This document shows, in pieces, positions 19,120-29,358 of a DNA stretch of 64,000 nt. The position numbers and the translations under genes were made by a program. The stretch is from positions 68,879 through 132,878 of the forward strand of contig JAPPFJ010000003.1 in the NCBI GenBank assembly GCA_028877215.1. The letters run 5' to 3'. Within the stretch, counting starts at the first letter, position 1; each line of letters opens with the position of its first letter. The notes beneath the pieces were generated by a model. It was not told the origin of the DNA and made no database searches. It saw only the letters and a list, made by a program, of their open reading frames with translations. The DNA is from Gemmatimonadota bacterium. Lineage in GTDB: Bacteria > Latescibacterota > UBA2968 > GCA-2709665.

Positions 19120-19833
19120 ATGTCGACCGTCGGATTTCAGACGTTCGGGCCGCCGCATCTGGTCGCGATGGCGTTGACAGTGGTTCTGCCGGTGCTGCTC
19201 TCGCTGATCGCGAAACGGGCATCGTCCCGGTCAGCCGCCACATTGGGCATTGTTCTGGGGGTCCTCCTCCTCGGCAACGAGGTGACCCACTGGGGCTTCC
19301 GGATCGCCGGATACGGCCCCGATGTCTTCCTCCGATATTTCCTGCCCCTTCACCTGTGCGGCATCGCGATGTTCGCGACGTCGTTCGCCCTGATGTCTCG
19401 CAATCAGACAGCGTTCGAAATAGCCTACTTCTGGGGCCTTGCGGGGTCGGCGAACGCGGTAATAACACCCGGCAACCTGGCGGTTGACTATCCGCAGTAC
19501 CGGTTCTTCCAGTACTTCATCGCACATTCCGGCATTGTTGCGGGGGTCCTGTACGCGACGTGGGGCCTGAAGATGCGGCCCACGCTCGGCGGGCTCTTCA
19601 GAGCGTTCGTCTGGCTACACGTACTCGCCGCGGTTGCAGCGGTTGTCAACCTGCTCTCCGGATCGAATTACATGTACCTCTCCTCACCGCCGTGGGGGAC
19701 GGTATCGCCCTTCTTCTTCCTGCCGTGGCCCTGGTATCTCGTCTTTCTGGACTTCATCGGCCTGGCCATGTTTTTCCTTGTCTACGCGCCTGTCCCCATC
19801 GCCAGGTGGTGGAAATCGCGCGGGTCGGCCTGA
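19120..19833 (+). CDS. TIGR02206/YwaF family integral membrane protein
   Basis: LPLHLC, YFWG..G...A..TP, F..H, NYMYL, PWPWY motifs; multiple TM helices. Confidence 0.88.
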   Translation: MSTVGFQTFGPPHLVAMALTVVLPVLLSLIAKRASSRSAATLGIVLGVLLLGNEVTHWGFRIAGYGPDVFLRYFLPLHLCGIAMFATSFALMSRNQTAFEIAYFWGLAGSANAVITPGNLAVDYPQYRFFQYFIAHSGIVAGVLYATWGLKMRPTLGGLFRAFVWLHVLAAVAAVVNLLSGSNYMYLSSPPWGTVSPFFFLPWPWYLVFLDFIGLAMFFLVYAPVPIARWWKSRGSA

Positions 19834-19904
19834 CGGCCCGTAGGTTTCCACGTTCGGCCAGGAAAACACCCTTACGAACGATAGAGCAGGACAGCTTGAT
19901 GCCT

Positions 19905-21620
19905 TTACTTTGTACCGTGGTCCCGTAGAATCCGGGCGATTTCGGGGTTTCCTTTCTTTTCCGCCCAGGCGAGGGGCCTGGCCCACGGATGTTCGTGCGG
20001 AATTTCGGCGTCCGCTCCCCTCCCGAGGAGATACTCGACCATTTTCGCCTGACCCGCCCGGCACGCCAGTCCGAGGGGCGTCGAACAGTATTCGGGTTCC
20101 ATCGCATTGATCTCCGCGCCGTAGTCAAGCAGAAGACCGGCTCTTCGTACGTCACCCTGATGCGCGATGTTGTGGAGGGAAGAGATCCCCTGCCAGTTCC
20201 TGTAATTCGGATTCGCACCTTTTTCGAGCAGGAATTTCGCCGTTTCGTAGACCCGGAAGAACGAGCCGTGGTTCGTGCCGGATATGGCCGCGCCGTGGTT
20301 CAGCAGCAGCTTCACCATTTCCAGCCTGCCGCGCCGGGCGGGGTTGCCCAGTTTCGCGTTCGCGATCTCTTCGGGGTTCTGTGTGAGTATTTCATCGACG
20401 CGCTTCAGGTCGTTGGCGTTGACCGCGGCGCTGATCGGGGGGATGATATCCGCCCTGCCGCCGTACGTCTTCATCAATTCGTAGAGTTCCGGGTTCTTTC
20501 TGGCATGGTGGAAGGCCGTGCCGGTGGAGTCCACGTTGCCATTGGGGTCGGCGCCGTGTTCGAGAAGCAACTCGGCGATGGCGGTATGACCATGGAATGC
20601 CGCCTCGAGCAGCGCCTTTCCGCGAGGCGCGTCTGGCTCCGGCGCGTTGGGGTCGGCGCCATTTTCAAGCAGAAGTTCCACGATATCGTGATGGCCCCGA
20701 CCGGCCGCGATGGAAATCGGCAACCTGTCGCAGGTATCTCGGAAATTGGCCAGCGACGGATCCGCCTCCAGGTAATCCCGGACGCGCCGGGTGTCGCCGA
20801 ACGCGGAGGCCACCAGGATATTGTAGTCCGCGCCACGGGCGACCAGATAGCCCGCCAGCGCCGCTTTCTTACGAATGAGAATCCTGTCCCGCCATCCGGC
20901 GTAGAGTGCGACGTGGATTGGCTTCTGTCCGGTGCTGAAGCCCGTGCCGGCCTGCGCCTGAATGTCGGCGCCGTTGTCCAGGAGCAGTCTGGTCAGATGG
21001 AAGTCCCCGATCGAAACCGCCTCGTGAAGTGCCGTGGTCCCGTTCGCGTTGCTTAATTTGACCCGCTCGGGAGCGTTTCGGACAATACATGCCGTCTTCT
21101 CGTAATCGCGCGCTTGCACGGCGTCGATGAGCTCGTTCGCGAGGGGTTCCGTTTCGCGGCTGTACCCGCCGCTCCGTTCGCTGATGGCCGATTCCAGGAT
21201 CTTCACGATCTCCTCGTGCTCCCGGTCGGCGGCCAGGTTGACCAGCGAATCGTGGAATATTCGTGTCCGGTAGAAAGGACTGGCTCCATTATTCAGGAGG
21301 TAACGGACGACTTCGGCGTGACCCTCGCGGACCGCAAACTTGATGGGTTGGGTGTAGTAGTGTACGCAGCGGACAAGGTCAGGTTTGGCATAGACCAGCC
21401 TCTGAATCGTCTCCAGGTCGCCCAGTATCGTCGCGCGGAACATCGCCCAGACCTCCGGGCCCTTGCCCTTGCTCTCCGCGATATACCCGGAGTTCTCCAA
21501 CTCGGCAGGCCTGACCATTCGTGAAATCACCCAGTCGGCATAGGTACTGTCCGTTTTGTTGTTTTCGCTTTTCAATTGAGGTATCCTCGTTCTGTATCTG
21601 ACGTGAATTGCAGCCGTCAC
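19905..21620 (-). CDS. Ankyrin repeat protein
   Basis: Many TALHEA/LLxNGADPN repeats; paralogous to the ankyrin half of 2475-5240; true start may be further downstream (MVRPAE). Confidence 0.88.
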   Translation of the reverse strand: MTAAIHVRYRTRIPQLKSENNKTDSTYADWVISRMVRPAELENSGYIAESKGKGPEVWAMFRATILGDLETIQRLVYAKPDLVRCVHYYTQPIKFAVREGHAEVVRYLLNNGASPFYRTRIFHDSLVNLAADREHEEIVKILESAISERSGGYSRETEPLANELIDAVQARDYEKTACIVRNAPERVKLSNANGTTALHEAVSIGDFHLTRLLLDNGADIQAQAGTGFSTGQKPIHVALYAGWRDRILIRKKAALAGYLVARGADYNILVASAFGDTRRVRDYLEADPSLANFRDTCDRLPISIAAGRGHHDIVELLLENGADPNAPEPDAPRGKALLEAAFHGHTAIAELLLEHGADPNGNVDSTGTAFHHARKNPELYELMKTYGGRADIIPPISAAVNANDLKRVDEILTQNPEEIANAKLGNPARRGRLEMVKLLLNHGAAISGTNHGSFFRVYETAKFLLEKGANPNYRNWQGISSLHNIAHQGDVRRAGLLLDYGAEINAMEPEYCSTPLGLACRAGQAKMVEYLLGRGADAEIPHEHPWARPLAWAEKKGNPEIARILRDHGTK

Positions 21621-22144
21621 TCAACCGCCCGCAGTTCCGGCACAAGGGCGCCGTCGCAAGAAACCGTGATGTACCCCATCGATACCGGAAGCCGGAACCG
21701 GCGTTGCCCGATGCTGCCCGGATTCAGACAGCATGCCGATCCAACCGTGCTTATCTTCGGTACGTGAGAATGGCCGCAGACCACGAGATCGAAATCCGCG
21801 GGATCGGCTTCTTCGAGGATGTGCGTCACGAGAATCCTTTGCCCGCAGGCGGTCAGCACGAGACTCTCGGGCAGGTCGCTGCAGGGCGGAACCAGGTCCA
21901 CGTTTCCGCGGACTGCGTACACCGGCGCGATGCGTTCCAATTCCTCCAGTACCGAAATCTTACCCACGTCCCCGGCGTGGATAATCGCCCGTACGCACCG
22001 GAGGAGATCCTTGACCTGCGGCCTCAGGAGACCGTGGGAGTCGGAGACGACGCCAAGGCGATCGCCGGCATGGAATTGAGGCGCGCCTTGCCGGGCCGGG
22101 TGAGGACGGCGTTCCCGGGCGGACACGGACGGACTATTTCGCAT
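21617..22144 (-). CDS. YfcE/MJ0936-type metallophosphoesterase
   Basis: SDSHG, HAGD, VRGNVD, GHSH, LNPGS motifs; start uncertain (ATG 22144 or GTG 22126). Confidence 0.85.
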   Translation of the reverse strand: MRNSPSVSARERRPHPARQGAPQFHAGDRLGVVSDSHGLLRPQVKDLLRCVRAIIHAGDVGKISVLEELERIAPVYAVRGNVDLVPPCSDLPESLVLTACGQRILVTHILEEADPADFDLVVCGHSHVPKISTVGSACCLNPGSIGQRRFRLPVSMGYITVSCDGALVPELRAVE

Positions 22145-22487
22145 AGTGAGGCTGGTAGAGCTGTATTTCAAACCCGCCGGGCGCTTCGAAGTACGTAACC
22201 AGCCCGTAGCCGTGGTCATCTATTTCACGCGTAAAAACCACGCCTTTTTGCTTCAAGTCAGCAACCGTGGATTCGATGTCGTCACAGTAAAAGGAGATAT
22301 CCGCATCGCCCGATTTCGGACCTGCATCTTCTTCCGTTGGATGACAGCCCATATCCGCCTCAGGGACGTCGAAGATCAACCACCCGTCGCCCACGTCCGT
22401 GGCCGAAAACCCGAGTTTGTCCCTGATGAACGCACGGAGACCCGACGCGTCCGACGAATAAAACATGGTGTGTACGCCCTTGATCAT
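22134..22487 (-). CDS. VOC/glyoxalase family protein
   Basis: ISFYCDDIE.TV..LK.KGV, D.GYG....F..PGG..IQLYQP; start ATG 22487 after AGGAG. Confidence 0.88.
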   Translation of the reverse strand: MIKGVHTMFYSSDASGLRAFIRDKLGFSATDVGDGWLIFDVPEADMGCHPTEEDAGPKSGDADISFYCDDIESTVADLKQKGVVFTREIDDHGYGLVTYFEAPGGFEIQLYQPHYAK

Positions 22488-22630
22488 GGTATTTTTCTCC
22501 TGTTGTATGCAAGATAACTTCATCCCGGATGAAAGCTATGAGCCGCGCAGTGGTCTGTCCAGCCATTTTTTTCGCGTTCACGGAGATCGCCGCCTGCTGA
22601 CTTGTGGCGAGTTTCGAGAGGACTGAATTC

Positions 22631-23377
22631 ATGCCGGAAAACGCGCTCATGCAGCGTGCGCTGGAGGTTTTCGCGCACGGCTATTCCTTCACGAGGAGCT
22701 TTACACACCCTTATCCGGCAAGCCGGGAGGGCGCGATCTGGGTGGTGAGGGATGCGCCCAGAAAACGCGGCACGTACCGCCGGGAGGAGTGGATCGCCCA
22801 CGGCGTTGACGCGGAAGAAATCCATCGGGTGGCCTTGGAGAATACCCAAGGACAGTACGGAATCTGCGCGATCTGTGCGGAAGGGGAATCGGACGCCGGC
22901 ATGCGCGCGGATTTCAAGGCGCTCAACTATCGACTGAATTCGACGGAACCCGTCATGGTGCATCGGCTGCGACGCATCCCGCGTCTGACGGACCCGCTGC
23001 CCATCGAACGTGTCCTCAGAGCGGAAATGGCGGACAGATTGAACCGGACCACCCGGATCAGACAGATTCTGCCGGAACATCTTGTTCCCGACGCTCCGCT
23101 GAGGCAATATGTGGCGCTCGAGAACGAACAGCCTGTGGGGTGGGTTCAAGCCATCGTCGTGGACTCGGCAACATGGTGTTCGAACATGTTCGTGACGCAG
23201 GCTGCCCGGCGTCGGGGAATTGGAAGGGCGTTGATGTGCAGGATGCTTCGCGACGACCGGTCCCATGGTTCAGAATTGGCGGTCCTGACCGCGACCCACA
23301 CCGGCGCGTTGTTGTACTCCTCAATCGGTTACGTACGGATCGGAACCTTGCTGTTCTATACACCGAAGAAGCGGTAG
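22631..23377 (+). CDS. GNAT family N-acetyltransferase
   Basis: C-terminal MFV...ARRRGIGRALM and L.AT..G..LY..IGY. Confidence 0.82.
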   Translation: MPENALMQRALEVFAHGYSFTRSFTHPYPASREGAIWVVRDAPRKRGTYRREEWIAHGVDAEEIHRVALENTQGQYGICAICAEGESDAGMRADFKALNYRLNSTEPVMVHRLRRIPRLTDPLPIERVLRAEMADRLNRTTRIRQILPEHLVPDAPLRQYVALENEQPVGWVQAIVVDSATWCSNMFVTQAARRRGIGRALMCRMLRDDRSHGSELAVLTATHTGALLYSSIGYVRIGTLLFYTPKKR

Positions 23378-23402
23378 CATTCGACAGGAAGAGAGGCGTC
23401 CG

Positions 23403-23942
23403 ATGTCAAGAGAACAGAGAATTGCACGGCTGCTGGACGAGGCCTGGAAGACCAGGGCGGCGTCGGATTACAACCGCGGCAGGCGTCTCGTGGCCCAGGC
23501 GGCTGAGCTCTGCCGGGAAGACGACCACGAATTCCTGGGCAGGGTGGAGCACGTTTACGGCCAGTTCGAGAGGGACCACGGCAACCGTGAGCAGGCCCTC
23601 CACTATTATCTGGCGGGATATAACCATTATGTGGCGGGGAATCACGCGGAGAAGATGGCCCACTCGCTGCGCCACGTCGCGGACGTTCGCAGGGACCTGG
23701 GCGACCGGGAGGGATCGGAGCGTGACTACAGATCTGCGATTGAGATGTACCGGAATCTCGACCCGGCGCCCGCCCACTCGCTGGCGAATGCGCTCCGGGG
23801 ATTCGCCATGCTGCTTGAACGTACCGGAAAACGCAATGAGGCGCTACGCGCTTTCGTAGAAGCCCACCGGTTCTATCTGCAGGTTGGCAACGCCCCTGGC
23901 ATCGAAGAAATGGAGCGTAAGGTGAAACAGCTTCAGGAATAG
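23403..23942 (+). CDS. Tetratricopeptide repeat protein
   Basis: Repeating helical A..L...A...R..G...A...Y..A pattern. Confidence 0.75.
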   Translation: MSREQRIARLLDEAWKTRAASDYNRGRRLVAQAAELCREDDHEFLGRVEHVYGQFERDHGNREQALHYYLAGYNHYVAGNHAEKMAHSLRHVADVRRDLGDREGSERDYRSAIEMYRNLDPAPAHSLANALRGFAMLLERTGKRNEALRAFVEAHRFYLQVGNAPGIEEMERKVKQLQE

Positions 23943-24008
23943 AAAATCACCGCCGGGTTCACGGAATCCGATCGCGCGTCTTCAACTTCAAGATGCCATC
24001 CAGGCCGT

Positions 24009-24034
24009 GCAGGGGCGTCCCATGTGGGCGCCCT
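24009..24034. repeat. REP-like GC-rich hairpin between convergent genes
   Basis: GGGGCGTCCCATGTGGGCGCCC imperfect stem-loop resembling GTAG-family REP elements; may act as a terminator. Confidence 0.4.
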
Positions 24035-24079
24035 CCTTTGTTTAGCCAAATCATCTCTCTTGGCAGGTCCCCATCATCC

Positions 24080-25462
24080 TTAGATCACCGTTTGTTTCCA
24101 CGTGCCCTTCCGATAACGGGCCCAGGCCAGTATTCCCTGTAAGAGCCCACCGATAAACCACGCGATCCATATCCCCGTGACATCCATATTAAGGGTAAAC
24201 GCCATCACGTAGGACAGCGGCAGCATGACCAGCCACTGCGCCACGATCGTATAGTATAGAAACGGCTTGGTCTCGCCGCCGCCGGCCAGGACGCCTCCGG
24301 TGACGATGGACAGGGCGGAGAAGATCTGGGCGACAGTAACGTACAGGAGCATCACGTATCCCATCTCGAGCACCGCCGCGGCGTCCGTGAACAGGTCGAC
24401 AATCTCCCGCGCGAAGACGCAGATTGCGATGGCGCAGACGGTGATGATCGTCATACCCAGCCGGATCGTGTTTGCGGCAAAGCGCTCAGCTTCGCCAATC
24501 TGTTTCGACCCCAGTCTTTGTCCCACCAGCGCGGTTGCCGCCACGGAAAACGCCAGGGCCGGCATGATGCCGATCATCCGCATCTGCAACCCGATGGTCA
24601 ATGCGGCCGTTGCTGCCGTGGGCCGGCTCGTCCATCCCACCACCCGATAGATCAGAATGCGGGCGCCGTTTCGAAAGAATCCCTGCACCCCAGTCGGCAC
24701 GCCGATTCGCATCATTCGACCGATAATGTCCCGGTTGAACGGAAGCCGCCAGTTCCAGCGCATATGCACCCTCGAACGGCCGGAAGTGAGCAGGTATACG
24801 CCGATGGCGCAACCCACCGCCCTCGAGACGACGCTGCCGAGCGCCGCTCCGGTCACCCCCATTTGAGGCAGACCCCACGCCCCGAAGATCAATCCGTAGG
24901 TGAGCGGGATTTTCAGACAGATGATGAGACACGAGATCTTCAACGGTGTCCGCGTATCCCCCGCGCCGCCGAAAATGCCGCCGATGATGTAATTGGGCAT
25001 CATGACGACGATACCGGCAAAGTAGACCCGCATGAACGGCACCGCGTGCGCCAGTACGTCTTCCTGCGCGCCGAGCAGGACCAGGGCCGGCCGGGCGATC
25101 GCGCTCCCGACAAGGGCCAGGCCGGCCGACAGCAGGACCCCCATCAGGATGGCCTGTTGCGCCGTATGGCTGAGGTCGTCCCGGCGGCCGGCCCCGTAGA
25201 ATTGCGCGACGAGGGTCCGCGATCCGGTGCTGACCGATATCGCCATCACCATGATCACGAACAGGACCTGCCGGCTGAGTCCCACCGCGGATATCGCGGC
25301 CGGGCCCAGCTGCCCCACCATGGAGATGTCAATGAGCCCCTCCATGGCGTCCAGCATCGATGCCGCCACCACCGGCCATGCGATCGCCCAGACCTGAGGA
25401 AGTACCGGCGCGGAGTCGGAGGGTGCGAGATCGGGATTGTGGGGCGACAGAGGGCGGGTCAT
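24080..25462 (-). CDS. MATE family efflux transporter
   Basis: AWP...D..MVGQLG...AV, G.GDTRTP, G.P.MGV.GAA; about 12 TM helices. Confidence 0.92.
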   Translation of the reverse strand: MTRPLSPHNPDLAPSDSAPVLPQVWAIAWPVVAASMLDAMEGLIDISMVGQLGPAAISAVGLSRQVLFVIMVMAISVSTGSRTLVAQFYGAGRRDDLSHTAQQAILMGVLLSAGLALVGSAIARPALVLLGAQEDVLAHAVPFMRVYFAGIVVMMPNYIIGGIFGGAGDTRTPLKISCLIICLKIPLTYGLIFGAWGLPQMGVTGAALGSVVSRAVGCAIGVYLLTSGRSRVHMRWNWRLPFNRDIIGRMMRIGVPTGVQGFFRNGARILIYRVVGWTSRPTAATAALTIGLQMRMIGIMPALAFSVAATALVGQRLGSKQIGEAERFAANTIRLGMTIITVCAIAICVFAREIVDLFTDAAAVLEMGYVMLLYVTVAQIFSALSIVTGGVLAGGGETKPFLYYTIVAQWLVMLPLSYVMAFTLNMDVTGIWIAWFIGGLLQGILAWARYRKGTWKQTVI

Positions 25463-25480
25463 AGGTGGGCTGGGGCGCGC

Positions 25481-26836
25481 CTATTCGATGGTACTCTCAG
25501 TGGTCAGCACGTGAATTTCGACTTCAGGCCAGTGTTTATCCAGGATTTCGATGATGTGTTCCTTGGGTCCGTAAAACATCGTGACCAGATTTCGTTCGAC
25601 GAAGTATTTTTGGAGAAACGACCGTATCTCGCCATCAGTGACGGATTTGATGCCGTCTTCACGACTCGGAAAGTCGTAGAGGGCTTGATCAACCTCACGT
25701 GACAGTCTACGTTGCGGCGTCCGTTCACCGTGTGTATGGGCGTCGATCACGTCGGGGTTTTCGCGTAACTCGCGGATTGCCGCCCAGAATTCCGGGTTGT
25801 TGGCGAGGCCGGCGATGAATGCATGCATTTTCGTCATCAACTCCTCGCTGTTCTCAATTCGAGGGTCAGCATAGATTTCGAGAAACCTGACATCAGCTTC
25901 TCTTCGAAAGGAGCAGGAATTACCGTAAACCATTCCCGACTCTTCTCGCAAATATTCATAGAGCAAGCCGCGACCGGTACCGCGACCAAGCGTCCAGGAC
26001 ACCATATTGGGTACGAAATTGTCCTCGCCGACGGCTCCAATTGGGATGAGCCAATGGCAGTAGACGTTCTTCAAATTGGAGTAATGCTTGAAGACGAATG
26101 CGGTATGTCCCGGAAGGCGGTTTTTTCCCCGGGTCGCCGGCGACCAGTCGAAACCGCCTTTCCGGCGGTCGTTCATGATTGGCCGGAGGAACTCCGCCAC
26201 CTCCGTCGAGTCGAGGTCCGAGATCGCCTTGAAGAAGACCACTTCCGCGTTCAGAAGTCCCGCGAAAAAGTGCCTGGCTTCGTCTAAGGTGATTTGCTTC
26301 ATTGCTTTGCGTGAGAACCATCTCCCTACACCCACTGTTCGTGAAAGCGCGAAGTTCCGTTGGATAACGTGGTCGCCGGAATCGACTTCCTTTTCATAGG
26401 ATTCCAGTAACTTCGTCTTTGACTCTTCAAGGGCGAGATCGGTGACTGTCATGCTGTGTATAAGATCGTTCACGATCCCAACGGACGCTGCAAAATTCGC
26501 GGACAGGCTGGCTATCGAAATTGTCTGGTGTTCATAGAATGTATGGATGTCGATGTCCGTGCCCAGTGCTTCCATTCGAGCCGTGTATCCGTGCTCTTTC
26601 GCATAGTCCTCCAAGAGTCTGGCGACGGTAACCGCGAGCCCGGTCTTTGAGGTCTCGTCACGCATGCTTCCGCTGCCGGGAAAGACGATGTCCAGCATCG
26701 TCAGCGGCGCACGGTTGTCATGCTGATAGAATAAGCGGTGATTGGGAATCTGCGCGGAAGCCGGCATCGTGCAAAGAACGCAGAGCACCGCAACCCTAAT
26801 AGTGGTATTTACGGGTTTCTTCATTGTCAGCGACAT
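25481..26836 (-). CDS. M16 (insulinase) family non-catalytic subunit, secreted
   Basis: Signal peptide; GS..D...KTGLA without HxxEH; L...LREESGMVY motif. Confidence 0.75.
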   Translation of the reverse strand: MSLTMKKPVNTTIRVAVLCVLCTMPASAQIPNHRLFYQHDNRAPLTMLDIVFPGSGSMRDETSKTGLAVTVARLLEDYAKEHGYTARMEALGTDIDIHTFYEHQTISIASLSANFAASVGIVNDLIHSMTVTDLALEESKTKLLESYEKEVDSGDHVIQRNFALSRTVGVGRWFSRKAMKQITLDEARHFFAGLLNAEVVFFKAISDLDSTEVAEFLRPIMNDRRKGGFDWSPATRGKNRLPGHTAFVFKHYSNLKNVYCHWLIPIGAVGEDNFVPNMVSWTLGRGTGRGLLYEYLREESGMVYGNSCSFRREADVRFLEIYADPRIENSEELMTKMHAFIAGLANNPEFWAAIRELRENPDVIDAHTHGERTPQRRLSREVDQALYDFPSREDGIKSVTDGEIRSFLQKYFVERNLVTMFYGPKEHIIEILDKHWPEVEIHVLTTESTIE

Positions 26837-28307
26837 TGCAAATGGGCTTTAGAGCCCGCCTCCTGACGGCCAGGATTATAGCAAAAAGAGTGCCGCCACA
26901 TACGAATACGACGATTGCGAGCACGAAAAAATCCGGGCCGGTCAACAGGGGTTCCTTTATCGTCCAGGCAAGTGTAATGGCGTTATCTTCAATGAGGTGT
27001 TCCCGGACGATCCGCGGAATGTCGTCGGAACTCACATGCTGGATTTGGTTGATTGTCCTCGGATAGAGCAGGGGGTCGCCGGCCTGCGCGAATGCCTGGC
27101 CGAATCTATATGCCATATCAGACCGGTCGTAAAACTCGGAATACTGGCGTCGCAGTTGCGAGTTTCGGGCGGCTGAAAGGTCATTTTCGGATACGCCGTG
27201 AGTCTTTTTATCTTCCAATCTTGCGAGTACGGCATTCTCTATGACCTCAGTTGATGAAACCGGGTCCATCTCGGCGACAAAACTGATCAGGCCGAACCCC
27301 TTATAGCCGTTTATCCATACGCTAAACGAATTCACTGTCTGAGAGTCCAGCAGTGATGACCGTAGCGAGTTCGAACGTCTGACCAGGATTGACGCCAGAA
27401 CAAGGAAGCCCGCATGGTCCGGATGGCCGGGACCGGGTATGTGCCAGGCCTTTCTGAACCGGGACTTACTCAGGTTTTCGAACTTCGTTTGATACCGCTC
27501 GCCAAGCGCATCGGGATTGGGAAACCGCGACAAGGGCGATCGATCTTCTCTCTTGCGGTCCCCGGCGGGGAACGCTTCGGCCAATTTCGTGAGGACATCA
27601 TCCTCATCTACGTCGCCGATGACGACAACCAGGCGTCTCTTCCGTCGCAAGACATTGTGAAAGAGCTGTTGCAGGTCCCCGGGTTTGATTCCCTCGATCA
27701 ATGCCGCGGTCCCGACACCATTGAATTTTTCCCGTCCGTAGACCAGCCCCCAGAATTGCCTGGAAAACCTCCTCCGTGAACGGGTGCTGTTTCTACTGAG
27801 TTCCGTCAATACAACCTGCTTTTCATTGTCTATAAATTCCATATCAAACAGGGTACGGTAGAATCTGTCCCGGTCAATCTCGACCGCGAGAGCCAGCTTT
27901 TCCCTGGGAAATCTCATTGTGAAATACGTCATGTGATGTGCTGTATACGCGAGATGTTGTCCTCCATTTCGCATGATCAGTTGATTGAGTTCACCGGATG
28001 GTCGGCTTCCCATCCCTGCGATGATGTGTTCGAGGAAGTGCAGTCTTCCCTGTTCACCTTCAGGTTCATCCGCGTAACCCATGGCGTAGTAGGTGTGATA
28101 CTCGAAGGTGGGCATCGTCGGGTCCACCACGATGACGGCGTCAAGCCTGTCATTGATGGAATAGTGATGGGCGACGAGAGCATCCGAGAGGGATTCCGAC
28201 CCGACGAACCGATAGGCGAGGCACGTGTCCGTACATATGCAGAAGATTATCGCCGCATATAGGGAGGTTTTCGCCATGTCGGGGACCCGAAAAATGGCAG
28301 GATACAT
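26796..28307 (-). CDS. M16 family zinc metallopeptidase with C-terminal membrane anchor
   Basis: Inverted zincin HFLEH, distal E.QVVL.E, C-terminal hydrophobic helix followed by RRR. Confidence 0.8.
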   Translation of the reverse strand: MYPAIFRVPDMAKTSLYAAIIFCICTDTCLAYRFVGSESLSDALVAHHYSINDRLDAVIVVDPTMPTFEYHTYYAMGYADEPEGEQGRLHFLEHIIAGMGSRPSGELNQLIMRNGGQHLAYTAHHMTYFTMRFPREKLALAVEIDRDRFYRTLFDMEFIDNEKQVVLTELSRNSTRSRRRFSRQFWGLVYGREKFNGVGTAALIEGIKPGDLQQLFHNVLRRKRRLVVVIGDVDEDDVLTKLAEAFPAGDRKREDRSPLSRFPNPDALGERYQTKFENLSKSRFRKAWHIPGPGHPDHAGFLVLASILVRRSNSLRSSLLDSQTVNSFSVWINGYKGFGLISFVAEMDPVSSTEVIENAVLARLEDKKTHGVSENDLSAARNSQLRRQYSEFYDRSDMAYRFGQAFAQAGDPLLYPRTINQIQHVSSDDIPRIVREHLIEDNAITLAWTIKEPLLTGPDFFVLAIVVFVCGGTLFAIILAVRRRALKPICNVADNEETRKYHY

Positions 28308-28561
28308 CGGTATGGGGATTCACCCCGGCTTGAAATCGTCAAGGTTCAGAAAACAAGACTAAAGGGGCGGAGGCAAAGTGCGTGGCCAAATTGGCGGATG
28401 AGAGTGGAGCCACATGTAAGCAGATTCGGCTCCGGAGGTGTTGAGTTCTGCAAATCGAAGGAAGTGAAGAAGCCGATATTGATCAAGTGGGATAATGTCC
28501 GAACCCGGAAGCACGAACATAGTTCCGCGCCGACTACCGTTCTACGGATATCAGGAGCGCA

Positions 28562-28900
28562 TTAGTCGTCGGTAGGAAACAGCGGTTCGAGTTGGGCGAT
28601 CAACGCTGGCAGGTCCTGCGTCACTGTATCCCAGACGCGGATAAAGTTGACTTCAAAGTACCCATGCACAAGACGATTGCGCATTCAGATGATCTCATGC
28701 CATGGGATTTCGGAATGCACTTCTCTCGTCTCAGGGTTCACGTGGGATGCCGCTTCTCCAATAATCTCTATCGACCTTAGAATTGCGTTCTGGTGAAGAT
28801 CACTCAGAGTGAATCGTTCGTACGTCAGTCCGGAGGCGAATTCAACGGCTTTTCGCGCATGGATCAGCATATCCAGCAAGTAGGCTTCACTTCGCCGCAT
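28562..28900 (-). pseudogene. hepT: HepT/DUF86 HEPN ribonuclease toxin interrupted by an in-frame TGA
   Basis: IEIIGEAA...IPW.EII*MRNRLVHGYF...VWDTV..DLP.L; the TGA at 28685-28687 sits where Gly is usual, just before the RxxxxH motif. Confidence 0.88.
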
Positions 28901-29201
28901 AAATCGTCTCCGCCGAACCAAGGATGGCCTTGCGGCGGATGTAATTTCCGCTGGCCTCTATTGCGTCTCGTTCCATTAAATCGGCCGGCCGACCGAACAA
29001 TTCCGTCAGTTCATCTTCCATGCGTACCATGTCCAGGAGCGTTGGCCGGGCCTTGTCATCGAAGCTGATGAGTATATCGACGTCGCTATCGGGGCCCAGT
29101 TCGTCGCGCAATGCGGAGCCGAACAACGCCAGTTCCACGACCCCCCATCGTTCGCAAAATTCCTTCAGGTGGTCTTGTGATGCCTTGATATCAGCGTTCA
29201 T
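28887..29201 (-). CDS. mntA: MntA-type minimal nucleotidyltransferase antitoxin
   Basis: LALFGSALR...SDVDIL...L.ELFGR..DL; overlaps the HEPN gene. Confidence 0.88.
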   Translation of the reverse strand: MNADIKASQDHLKEFCERWGVVELALFGSALRDELGPDSDVDILISFDDKARPTLLDMVRMEDELTELFGRPADLMERDAIEASGNYIRRKAILGSAETIYAAK

Positions 29202-29358
29202 CTCAATTTTCGCCGAGTTTTGGAATTCACGAAATCTGTGTCTCGAAGGTCTCCGTTGGGCTCAGGTAATTGATTCTTCTCTATATACGACCGGTCAAAT
29301 GTCCGGTCAACCGAAAACTTGCCAAAAAGCCCGGTTTCTTGGGCGCAATTCGTGCCGG

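Noticed and set aside
28685-28687. TGA recoded as Gly (genetic code 25) or selenocysteine in HepT
   Set aside because: TGA terminates many clearly intact genes here (recG, hflK, hflC, coaE), and the position is normally Gly, not Cys.
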